NCBI GenBank assembly: GCA_951406725.2 | Contig: OX597832.1 | Span: forward strand, 36,642,001-36,706,000 | Reading direction: 5' to 3' | DNA from: Octopus vulgaris | Lineage: Eukaryota | Length of the DNA stretch: 64,000 bases | In this document: positions 12,655 through 24,602 of the stretch, one piece after another | Layout: the number at the start of each line of letters is the position of its first letter | Numbering within the stretch: position 1 is the stretch's first letter | Notes under the pieces: generated by a model | Seen by the model: the letters and a program-made list of their open reading frames with translations, nothing else | Database searches by the model: none | What the model was told of the DNA's origin: nothing | Made by a program: the position numbers and the translations under genes

Positions 12655-14307
12655 CCCCCTCGTGTGTGTGTATACATGCACAGACATTATAGGTATGTGT
12701 ATATAAATGCATTTATGCATTCCATACATTTGTGCTACTGATTGTGTGTGTGTATCAAATTCCTATCAGACATTGAACATTCCACACGCTTGTGCTCACA
12801 TCCATGATCCACACACACACACACACACATAGAGTATTTGTTTTGTTACACATACACAGTATAGTCACAATCATCACATAAGTTCTGATTGTAATGACTA
12901 TAAGAACCACGTCGTCACCACCTCCATCACCACCACTCTCATTACTATCACCACGACCACCACAATCTCTACAACAACCACATCACAATTATTATCAGTG
13001 TGACCACCTCTGTCACTACTACCACTACCATAATCACAATCACCACCACTACCATTACTGCCGCCACCACCACCTGTACTGCTGCCTCTACTATTGCTGC
13101 TGTTTCCGCTGCTGCTAGGTTACTATTGTAGCACTTCACTATTGATCTGATGTGTTTAGCTGCAGGTGAGGTTGTGTGTGTGTGTGTAGGCTGTAGTACT
13201 CTGGTAGTGACAGTGAAGTGTGGTATGTGTTGTAGTACAGGGAGTAGTGGTAGTGAAATGGTGTAGGCTCTAGCACTGTGATAGAGACAGGTGTGGTATG
13301 TGTTGTAGTAAGTACTGTGGTAAAGACAGTGGGGTGGCATAGGTCGTAGTACTGTAAAGGAGGGAAAGAGGGAGGGGTGGGGCAGATACTGACTGTGTAC
13401 TTAACAGTAGAAAGAATAATAAAAATGAAACAGGAAGTGAAAGTGTGATGGTGGTGGTGGTGTCAGTGGTTGTGGCTATGGTGATGGTGAGGGGGGTTGT
13501 GTCAGTAGTAGTAATTATGGTGGTGGCTGTGGCGGCTCTGGTAGTAAGGGTGGTTGTATCAGTGGTGGTTAAAGTAGTTGTAGTGGCAGGGTTGTGGTTG
13601 TAATGGTTGTGGCGGCGGTGGTATTTATGTTGGTTGCAGTTGTGGTATTGATGATTGTGTTATTGTTGCACACACTTGCAGCGTACCCCTGATGTGTGTG
13701 TGTGTGTGTGTAGAATGTGGAAAATACCACCATGTGAAATGTTTGTGCATGTAGCAAGAGAGAGAGAGAGAGAGAGACAAAAGTAACATGTACGGCTCCA
13801 GCCATATGTATTGACACGTCTATATATAGATCCAGGCACATACACGTATGTATATCTGCACGTGCATACAAAAACATTTCCTTGCAGATGCACATACATT
13901 TATATGCATCTTCATAAACAGACACACACACATACCTGTATGCTCATACACACACACACACGTATACCATCTTCATAAACTGACACAGACATGTCTGCGT
14001 GTACACACATACATGCAACTTTGCAGATAGATGCATGCATACGCATGCATTTCCACACACGTACAGACACCCCTACTTATATGCAAACACACATACCTGC
14101 ATCCATGTACATCTGCCTGCTTGCATACACACCTGCCTGAATGCACACACACATCGCAGAACCAGTGTTCAGTGTGTGTCAGTGTTTTAATACAAAGCTT
14201 TGAAGTGCTCACACGTTCATTTAGCATCATTGGTGTGCAGACGTCTGTCAAAGTGGGAGGAGGATGACAAAAGTATAACAAAACAAAGCAAGTCTCTCGC
14301 TGAGCTT

Positions 14308-14321
14308 GTCACCATAGCAAC
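14308..14321. promoter_or_regulatory. RFX X-box GTCACCATAGCAAC
   Basis: Exact match to GTNRCC-AT-RGYAAC; lies just inside the intron after a minus-strand donor TTG|gtaagt at 14338. Confidence 0.5.
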
Positions 14322-15681
14322 CAGAAGTGGATACTTACCAATTCTCTTTGTTGTTGATTATTTAAAAAAAAAAAAGTCTTGTTTATTGACAAACTTTTTA
14401 AAAGCTGGACTTTACACCAAATAATCAGTTTATCTCAGAAATAGCTAAATTGTTTGGGGTTTTTTTGCTTGTTTTTAGTATACAACATTTTCATTAGTAA
14501 TTTGTTATTCAATCAACCAACACCCATTCCACCCCTCTTCCACCCTTTTTATTTTGCTTGATCCTTTAAGGTTCCAACCCCTACTGGTTCCATAATATAT
14601 TTAATTTTTTCTTTTAAATTTAATTACACACAATTCATATCTATTCTTTATCCAATATATATCATATTTCATTACATATCGTATTTTATATGGAATATAT
14701 ATAATTATTATTATTATTATTATTTATTTATTCATTTATTTTTTGAAAATTAAATCACTGGCATTCAATTAAGTTTATTATTACCATATTCAGAAATATT
14801 CAAAGTTCAACGGAAAATATTAATACTGGTGATATTCACTTCCAGGATTCCGTTCGCCACTGCCCACCCATATACTTATGTTATTCCCGCTACAAACTGG
14901 TAACTTATCATTACAGATTCCAGCTACCAATTAGACAGCAAAAAAAAAAAAAAATTCTCTTTTCCCTTTCTCTTTCTCTCTCTGTCTCATTCTTTCTGTA
15001 TAACTTTGAAATATGGTAAATGTAGCAGTGAGCAAACCAACTTTCCATTTGGATTATCTTGTCAAACATTCATTCAATTTAATTCCAAGCATTTTTGCGT
15101 TCTTTATATTTTGTTATTATTTCTAAGAAAAACAAGAGAGGAAAAAAAAAGTTTTAAATGCGGTGTATGTGTTTATATATATTTGTTCTGTTTCTTTCTG
15201 TATCTTTTCTCGATTCTTCTCAATGTTTATGATTTCTGTGGAATATTATAGAAACATTAGTGTTTGATACTTCAGCAAGAACTCAAGATAAAAATTCAAA
15301 AAAAAAAAAAAAGATAAAAGAAAAATACATGGAACTAAATTACGCACCATTTTTCAAAGAATTGAAGTTTATCAGTGATATTGATATCATCATCACTAAC
15401 ATTGTTGTTATCACCAGTACCAGTGCTGTCATTATTATCTTCACCCTCCTTATTTTCCTTATTGTAAACTTTGTTAGCCATTATGAAAGAATCAGTTGTT
15501 AATTTCCAAACACTGTGACATCATCTGTAATCACCCGAGATCTAATCGTGGTAAATTCCACCTTATCCTTTTCATCTATTATGCTTCTAAATTCTGCTGT
15601 GGATGTACCCAGAGACGATAACATCATCTGGAATCACCTGAGAGCTTTCCCAAGTGATTGTCACTTGGCTGTGTATCTATT

Positions 15682-15825
15682 ATGATTCTAACCTGTGCTG
15701 TGGATATACCCAGGATGTTAATGTCATGGTTACACTACCGGTTCAGGCATCGTGGGAAGACGGTCAGTTTTCGGAAACATGTCGACACTATTACGTATGA
15801 CATTGACTATATCTGCAATTCATTT
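15682..15825 (+). CDS. Candidate coding exon containing the RVxF motif KTVSF
   Basis: Open frame from ATG 15682 (alternative acceptor ttcag| at 15747); donor TTT|gtaagt in phase 0. Confidence 0.35.
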
Positions 15826-15897
15826 GTAAGTTTTCTCTACCTTGTTTCTGATTAGAAAAAAAAAATACATGTCTATATTTGCTGTGTCGTGTGTTAG

Positions 15898-16056
15898 GTG
15901 TATGTGAGAGTACTTGATCTCGTCAGCAGCATCTCTGGGCTACCAATACGTGAATGGGGGCAAGGAAGCTCCAGTGCCTTGTTTAGGGAACACGACAGCA
16001 GTGAGAGTGACGTTAGCTCCCACCTTGACTCTCTAGCTCCCACCACACCTCTATAA
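15898..16056 (+). CDS. Candidate terminal coding exon (VYVRVLDLVSSISGLPIREWGQGSSSALFREHDSSESDVSSHLDSLAPTTPL*)
   Basis: gtgttag|GTG after a 72-nt GT-AG intron; 52 open codons in the matching phase. Confidence 0.35.
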   Translation: MYVRVLDLVSSISGLPIREWGQGSSSALFREHDSSESDVSSHLDSLAPTTPL

Positions 16057-17649
16057 CCACCACCACACTACTACTACTACTATTTCTGCTACTACACACA
16101 CCCCCTCAAAGTCGCCACTCCTGACACCACTACCACCACAGTCACCTCATCTACTTCTCCCACCCACCCATCCACTCCCACAAACTCTTGTAAACTCTTG
16201 CACAGGTATATTTCCTGTAAATGTTGTTGTTGAGAATTTGATAGTTGCACTTTGAACAGTAAGTTTTCAACACAAATATACATACATGTGTGCATAATGT
16301 ATATATGCATATATGTATACTCACATGTGCATAGCAGCATGCACAAACTTACAGGCATGCACATGATGCATACACATACATATATTCATGTACAAACATG
16401 TACATGCCCACACACATGCACATGCATGTGTGCACACAGGCACACATGTACATCCATACTTACACACACACACACACAGAGGAACATATACACATACATA
16501 TATACATGCACACATACACCACATATGCACACAAACTCATAGATACATTCATATACACTCATACACACCCATATCTGTATACATATATTCACGCATACAC
16601 ACTCATCACTGTTGATGTTGTTGTTGTAGTTTCCCCTTTGTTGTTAAGAATCATTCAATAAGTTTCCCTTTCCATCCAAACATCACCGTCACTTCTACAC
16701 CACCACCACAACCACCACCACCACCACCACCACCACCACCACCACCACCACCGCTAAGTTCCTCAGTTGACATGAAAACTCTGTCAAAGAATTTCTGTGG
16801 ATTTTCCATACACCTGACAGAAATACTGCAATTCCATCAATAATGGTAATTGTACAGAGTTGAGACTACTACTAGTACTGCTGCTACTACTACTACTATG
16901 TATTACAGCTTTAACTACTGTATCTACTGCTGCCTGTACTAGTCCTACTATAGCCTCTACTACTACCTGCTGTGTGTGTGTGTGTACATATGTTCATGTG
17001 TATACGGGAATGTATTTATATACCTATATATGTCTGTACAAATGCATTTGTGTGAAAAGAGAGTAAAAAAAAATTATTTAAACAAATATGCATGTGCATG
17101 CACACATACATATACACACACAAAACTATACATCCTTTAGTGAAATGACATTGGTATATACACGTACTAATTATCTCAACATACACAGAGATGTACATAC
17201 TAAATCATACTACTACTGCTACTACTTACATACAAAAAAAGTTGCTGCAACAAGCATACTAACATAAATGCTGTGTACATACATGCAACTCTTTGATATA
17301 TAATCACTTACACACACACACACACTCACCTACCTGTGACAATCATATACGCGCACAAATGTAATATACACAGGTAAAATCCATTTTCCTACTGTCTCAT
17401 GTCTGTGACAATACACTATTTTATATACTCCATACACACCTACACAAACACAATCTACATAAATAAATAAGCATACACAGACACACAGACACACACACAC
17501 ACAACATTGTCGTAAACATTTCTACATGCAAACATATACACAGATGCTATAAAATACACATTTGAAAGCTATCTTCCCCACCACATTCCTACTGTCAGAT
17601 TTCTGTGACAGTATTACACAGAATATACACCACTGTCACATATACATAC

Positions 17650-17741
17650 ATCCATAGTGTGCAGTGATCTGCAGAGACATTCCTGCAGCTTGTGTGATGC
17701 AGATAGCTGCACATGTCTTCAACTACCTTTTTGATGATTTC
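17650..17741 (-). CDS. Candidate internal exon (EIIKKVVEDMCSYLHHTSCRNVSADHCTLW)
   Basis: Strong acceptor ttctttttctatccaccag|GAA, donor GAT|gtatgt; only one frame open. Confidence 0.4.
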
Positions 17742-18165
17742 CTGGTGGATAGAAAAAGAATTATTAAAGTATTTTTCACATCATGCTTTGCGTTTGGTTT
17801 GGAGTTGACACCAGTAAATTGCTGGTACATGTACTGGTTCTTTTATGCACTCTACTTTCATGTGGTATAGAAAGCAAAAACCAACCTTTGAAGGGATTGT
17901 TGTAGAAAATTGGATGTGGTTGGTGGGTTGAAAGAAATCTAACTTAAACTATTATTGAATGATTAAGTGGGATTTAACTTGGTTCTGGGAATGTGAAATA
18001 TTGTCAAGAATCTCTAATGGAACAATGATCTCATGTTTATGTTTCTTTGAATGTATTACATCACTGCTTCATTGCATGTTTGTTTAGATACATATATGTA
18101 TTGTATGTAATGTATGACTGAAGGTATGAATGCATACCAGACGAAGGTTATTATTTATAGCAGGT

Positions 18166-18391
18166 TTAACCCTTTAGCGTTTGAACCACCCATATCCAGC
18201 CAAAATATTGTCTCTTTTATTGTCAAACTGGCCGGATCCAACATCTCACACCTACTCTACAATGTCAAAGTGAAAATAAACAATTGCATTATTGAAATCT
18301 CAAAGCCATGAGATAATGCATGATGTATTAAAGACTATATGAATAAATAAGCATTACATTTGACAGAGTAATCTGAATGCTGAAGAGTTAA
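18166..18391. mobile_element. piggyBac-type MITE
   Basis: TTAA-ccctttagcgtt ... aatgctgaagag-TTAA; collinear with the 3490 copy. Confidence 0.8.
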
Positions 18392-18931
18392 TAAAAAAAC
18401 AAACCATTTACTGGTGGGATGATACAATACTGAGGGAAGAATCAAATATGTTATGAAATTCTTTTCTTACTGTCTCTTGAAGTCTCACTTGACAACATAT
18501 TCAACCAATGCACGTGTGTGTGTGAAGATTTGAAGTTCAAATAGTTATAGAAATATTGATGTTTCTTAGGCAAGTTATTTATTCTTTTAAAGAGATTTAA
18601 ACCCTTTAGCACATCTGTGTGTTTATGTATAAGTTTGGATGGGAAGGGAAACTTTTATTGAATGGTTCTTAACAATGAGGGGAAACTACAATAACAGTGG
18701 TGAGTGTGTATGTGTGTGAATATGTGTATGTAGATATGTGTGTGTATGTGTGTATATGAATGTATCTGAGTTTCTGTGTGTGTAAGTATATGAATATAAG
18801 AGTATATATGTTTGTGTGTGTGTATGTATGAGTGTTATGTATTTGTATGTATACATGTGTGTGTATGTATGCATGTGTATGTATGTGTGTATGTGTATGC
18901 ATACATGTGTATATGTATGTATACATGTATG

Positions 18932-18982
<51 letters not shown>

Positions 18983-19499
18983 TAAGTAGATTTGTTGAAT
19001 CATGAGATGGGATTCTGTGTGCTATTCAGTCCAGCATTGAGGGTTTACAGTTCAATCTTGCTTAGGTCTGTGAAGTAAGGTTTTCATCATTGTAATATTC
19101 ATAATAAAATAACAATTCACTCCTGGGGGTGGTGGGATGTCTGTTTCTCCTTAAAAAAAAATTAGTTGTGACCAGGTGTGGAGAGAAAAGAGCTCCACCC
19201 AGATTAGTGACCCAAGATATATGTCATCACTGTACCCTTATGACTTCATCAGAGGTTTAAAGGCACAAGGTGTGTAGTGTGTGTGTGTGTGTGTGTGTGT
19301 CTCTATCTCTATTGTCACCACCATCATCATCATCATTGCTGATTTTACATCAACCTTTTCTATACTGGCATAGGTTGGATGAGACCTTTAATTTGTGGTT
19401 GAAGGCTTTACTTGATGCCATCGCTTCTTTTCCAAGGAATCTACTTTATTCTGTGACTACACATAAAACACTAAGCTACCAAACTTTGTATTTTCATGC

Positions 19500-19650
19500 T
19501 TAAAGGTAAAGCACCTGATGTGTAATCACAGGGATGTGAGTTCAAGTCTCATGGCTGGCCGGTAACAATTTTTTCTGCAATATATGGAAAGTTTATCTGT
19601 TCCTGCTATTGTATTAGCATGATCATGTGTTTTGAGAATAAATTATTTCC
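19500..19650 (+). repeat. tRNA-like-headed repeat, copy 1
   Basis: About 150 bp clearly homologous to 20645-20795. Confidence 0.75.
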
Positions 19651-19767
19651 TTATCTTTCAATACATTTCAACACTTCTAAAGCAAACTTTGTTTACTTTC
19701 ATCATAAATTTTATATAAATATATTTAATAAAAAAAAATAAAGTAAAATGTACGTTTAATCACCAAT

Positions 19768-19897
19768 CACATGGTTCCGGGTTCAGTCCCACTGCGTGGC
19801 ACTTTGGGCAAGTGTCTTCTACTATAGCCTCGGGCCGACCAAAGCCTTGTGAGTGGATTTGGTAGACGGAAACTGAAAGAAGCCCATCGTATATATG

Positions 19898-19957
<60 letters not shown>

Positions 19958-20177
19958 CGTGTGTGTGTTTGTGTGAGTGTGTTTGTCCCCCTAGCATTGC
20001 TTGACAACCGATGCTGGTATGTTTATGTCCTTGTTACTTAGCGGTTCGGCAAAAGAGACCGATAGAATAAGTACTGGGCTTACAAAAGAATAAGTCCTGG
20101 GGTCGAGTTGCTCGATTAAAGGCAGTGCTCCAGCATGGCAGCAGTCAAATGACTGAAACAAGTAAAAGAGTAAAGAG
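19768..20177 (+). mobile_element. Young 5'-truncated SINE family A with a 29-bp TSD
   Basis: Perfect direct repeat taaagtaaaatgtacgtttaatcaccaat at 19739-19767 and 20178-20206; internal (TA)n; (agtaaag) tail. Confidence 0.9.
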
Positions 20178-20380
20178 TAAAGTAAAATGTACGTTTAATC
20201 ACCAATAATGATTGATATTGATTTAAGACGATGAGTACCTCTTTTATAGTTGATAAAGACACTGCTGTGTCAGTCATTGCAATAACCCCTTCCTTTACTA
20301 CATAGACATGAATTTATGTTCATATTTATTAATTAAAATGTTGTCACTTACAAAACTAGTCCAGTTTCCTTCACTTCATC

Positions 20381-20647
20381 TGTTAAATTTAACGACTCGT
20401 TACTGGGTTGTTTTCTATAATAATAAAAGTGAAATTCTGTCTGTTCGTCCATCTGGGACGCCTGTATCTCAGTCTACATTTGCTCAACATAACCATGTTG
20501 TTTTTTGGAACCAGGATGATTACTGCCCAGTAACGAATTGTTTTGCAATTTTAGGATTTATAAATCTAGCTTTATAAGACGCTTCTAGAGCAAATTTTGT
20601 TTCATCATATGTTAAATTTAACGACTCGTTACTGGGCAGTTTAGCTT
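20381..20647 (+). mobile_element. Non-autonomous Helitron/Helentron-like element
   Basis: TCTATAATAATAAAAG..tctgtctg start at 20414; 15-bp inverted repeat 20522-20536/20626-20640; 3' hairpin TAACGA-C-TCGTTA; 27-bp 3' end duplicated at 20381-20407. Confidence 0.45.
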
Positions 20648-20706
20648 AAAAGTAAAGCACTTGACGTGTAATCACAGGGATGTGAGTTCGAGTCTCATGG
20701 CTGGCC
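20635..20706 (+). pseudogene. tRNA-Thr(TGT)-like pseudogene or SINE head
   Basis: A-box-like tagcttaaaagtaaagc, TGT at 20667-20669, T arm GTGAG-TTCGAGT-CTCAT; imperfect anticodon and acceptor stems. Confidence 0.5.
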
Positions 20707-22029
20707 GATAACAATTTTTTCTGCAGTATATGGATAGTTTATCCTGTTCACGTTATTGTATTAAAATTATCCTGCTTTTGAGAATAAATTATTTCTGTGT
20801 AGATATATGATTGTTAAAGAGGACAACAAACATTAAGGCAAGGTAAACATCTCAAGTCATATACAATATTATTATTACTGGAAAAAATTCAAAGCCTTAC
20901 AGCTGTTTCTGGAATATCCCCAAGTATGGGATTAATCCATCCATTACAGCACTTACATAGCATAGCTAATCATTTAGATCACCTGTGAACTAAACACCTA
21001 TATTTTGTGTGTATGTATGTATGTATATATATATATATATCTTATGTCATATTTTGTTTGCAACTATCGCATTATGTAGAGAGAAATGACAAAAGCTCAG
21101 ACACACACGCACACAGTAATGTGTGTGTGTGCACATACACATATATGCACATGCACATGTGTAGACATGCACACATGTATACACACACACATACACCTAT
21201 ATATGTGCACATATGCATGTATTTATACACACACATACAGACATATTCACATATACACACACTATAAATACATATACGTACATATAGGTATACATTGTTA
21301 ATGAGGCTGCAAGCACAAACACACGTTTGGGTGTGTATATATAAATTTGGCATGTGTAGGTCTGTGAATATATTTGTGTGTATTCTATGTATGTGATGTG
21401 TGTGTTTCCACACATGCACACAATGATTGTCACCTCTTGTGTGGTGAAGACCATCAGCTACCACTTACACCCTCCTCACCCACATACATCTGTACAGCCT
21501 GTTTGGTAAACAAGATCACACCCAGACACTGCAACCTTACAATACTTCAGTTTTTATTAATTGCCAGAGATTTACCGAATGACGTCAACACAGCTCTGTA
21601 GATTTCATCTCAATAATATTTTTGACCAATTTCACAACAAGAATCAGTGGTAGTAGTAGTGGTGAAGGGAAATAGTAAAATACGTTAGCACTGTTACTCT
21701 CCTTATCTATTGTTACCTGTTGTCGCTACCTATTGTTTCCACTTCATTTCCAGTTCCGCTCGGTGTTGTGGTAGTGGTTGGTGAAATTTATCTAAAATAG
21801 TAGTAAAAACTTTTATTTTCCCTTTCCGTCTTTTTCTTCTTCTTACCACTTCACTTTATCAATATTTGGTTGAACTATTATTATGTCAGCACTATTAATG
21901 CACTTATATTTATCTCTGAAAATTTGTCCTCTAGTTGGGATGGATGTCAGTGGGTAACATTGGTTGTCAGCTTCTATTTATCGAAACATCTGCTGTTTCT
22001 GATGGAAGATGAAACCACATATATCTACC

Positions 22030-22264
22030 CCAAGGTGTATGGTTTAGTGGTTAGGGTATTTGGTCATGGTCATAAGGTCAGGAGTTCAACTATGGCTGGT
22101 ACTGTGTGTCCTTGAGCAAGACACTTTATTTCACATTGCTCCAGTCTACTCAGCTGGCAAGAGTTGTATCTGTATTCCAAAGAGCTGACCTTGTCACATT
22201 CTCTGTCATGCTGAATTTCCCTCAGAACTACATTAAGGCTATGCGTGTCTTTGGAATGCTCAGA
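22030..22264 (+). mobile_element. CORE-like tRNA SINE (family C)
   Basis: tggtttagtggttagg A-box, gagttcaac B-box, gtgtccttgagcaagacacttta CORE-like segment. Confidence 0.7.
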
Positions 22265-22352
22265 TCAACTGAGTGCCAATAACATTAGAGGTAGTTATTT
22301 CATTTCCTGTGGAAAGGTGAAAGGTAAAAATGATCTTCTTGGGAATCTAGAC

Positions 22353-22680
22353 CAGTGGTTCCAAACCAATTTTGTATTTGTGGACCCTTTTCTATCAGAT
22401 GGGCCCTCATTAGTTATTTGATGTTTAAAAACTTGTTTTATAGCTACTTCTTTCAAAATTCCAATTTTCTTTCTCACTCATTCACTTGTGGAAGCTGAAC
22501 TGTGTAAAACATTAGAAAAAGAAACTGAGCTGTTTCATCCAATAAATACGTCCAAAGGAGCTTTTTTTCCTGGACCATTAAAATACTTCTGTTGATCTCC
22601 AATTTACCCTTTTGCTTGCATGGACCCAATCCTACGTGGGCCACCTCAAGGGCCATATGGACCACGGTTGAGAACCACTG
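22353..22680. mobile_element. hAT (Charlie-like) MITE
   Basis: CAGTGGTTCCAAACC ... GGTTGAGAACCACTG TIRs; 8-bp TSD atctagac/atccaggc. Confidence 0.75.
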
Positions 22681-23027
22681 ATCCAGGCAGATGGAACTAA
22701 CTCTATTAAATCTGTTGCTCTACCAGTTCCTGTTATCTGCCAACTGTTCTAAAGCTTTAAATCTTTACACAGTTTTATCTTCTGGAGAGTTCTCAACTCT
22801 TGAGATTATTTTTTAAATCTGAGATTAAAATGAAAATAAATACAAATAACAAAAAAAAGGGGTGCTAAAGAAAGAAAGAAAACAAAAAGTAAATCCTTTT
22901 TATATGGATTTTCTCAACTTTAGATTACTGAAGGATATTTTTCATGAGATCAGCTTTTCTACATTAATCTTTTGGTATATTTGAAATGACATGAGGAATA
23001 GATTGGTTGCAAAGAGTAAAGTTATCA

Positions 23028-23066
<39 letters not shown>

Positions 23067-23717
23067 CTCTCTCTGTCCCTCTCCCTCTCTCCATGTATGT
23101 GTGTGTACATATTTGGCAGAATGTACAGGAGAAACTAATTACTACAGGAATACCTTCATGCATCTGTATATACAATATATTAGGCATTGGAATGCTAATA
23201 ACCTGGTGTTAGAACTCGTTATACATACACCTCAGTATGATGTGTCAGTTGAGTATAGAGCAGTAATAAGAAAGCTGTTTCTGCTGTTGGGTGCTCTGCA
23301 CTCACAACTGAGTGCTTGAGTATCACCCTATAACTTCATCAGAGCTTCAAACATGAAGTGCGATTTATTTTGGAAAGCATTTACATTTAAGTATATACAT
23401 AGAAAAGCATTGTCAATGAAAGAGCATTCATGTATGTAGGTAATGAAGTTCAGGAAATTAAGGCGAGAGGCTTCTCCAGAATTAGAATAAAATAAATTTT
23501 AAAATTTATATCCACTTTGCTTTTGATTATCTACTGGACAGAAAGTTACAAAACTGAGTTGGTGTATTGAGAGTGTGTTTCTTATATAGTGTAATATACA
23601 ATTCTTGAATGTTCAATGAAAAATTTATGCTGGAGTTACATAAGAATTAGAAATTTCATATAATCTACATGTCAAGCAGTAGTAGGTCTAAAAGAAAATG
23701 AAATACAAATGCATGCA

Positions 23718-23754
<37 letters not shown>

Positions 23755-23806
23755 ACATACACCACACAAAACACATACACAGACATCTTTTAAGGAGCAA
23801 GAGATG

Positions 23807-24602
23807 ACATGGAAAGAAATGATGCGAGTATGATTCACTGGATGTGTAAATATCAGTGTGCATGCACAATAAAGTGTAAGCACCCTGAGAGGAATGTTGG
23901 ACATAAGAAGCATCAGATGTGGTGTGCAAGAGAGACGACTGCACTGGTATGGTCATGTGTTGCATATGGATGAGGAGAGCTGTGTAAAGAAGTATCACTC
24001 CCTAACAGTGGAAGGAACCCATGATAGAGGGAGACCCAGGAAGACATAGGATGAGGTCGTGAAGCATTGGGCCTAACAGAGCAATGATGAAAGACTGAGA
24101 CCTCTGGAGATATGCTGTGATTGAGAAGACCTGGCAAGTAAAGTGAGATCATAGCCTACACCAGTGTCGCATAACCAGCCCATTTCAAAAGTACTTTTCA
24201 ATCATCGGGCAACTTGTTGTGCTTGAGGAGACCTACTGAGCCAAGTAAATCAAAATCAAAAATCAAATCACAATCAAATGGAAATTGTAGTTGTGGCTGA
24301 TGCCAGTGCCACCTGACTGGCTCTCATGCTGGTGGCACGCAATAAGCACCATTCATGCGTGGTTCGTTGCCAGTGCTGCCTGACTGGCTTATGTGCCAGT
24401 GGTACATAAAAAGCACCAACTACACTCTCGGAGTGGTTGGCATTAGGAAAGGCATCCAGCTGTAGAAACATTGCCAGATCAGATTGGAGCCTGGTGAGGC
24501 CTCCTGGCTTGCCAGTCTCCAGACAAACCATCCAATCTATGCCAGCATGAAAAACGGACGTTAAACGATGATGGTGATGATGATGATGATGGCGATGATG
24601 AT
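23807..24602 (+). mobile_element. RTE-clade LINE 3' fragment (decayed ORF end, 3' UTR and (GAT)n tail)
   Basis: Translates ERNDASMIHWMC..IRSIRCGVQERRLHWYGHVLHMDEESCVKK..GRPRKT, the RTE C-terminal signature. Confidence 0.9.

Noticed and set aside
15577-15600. TATTATGC seed resembling miR-1993
   Set aside because: Only the seed matches and no pre-miRNA hairpin is evident.
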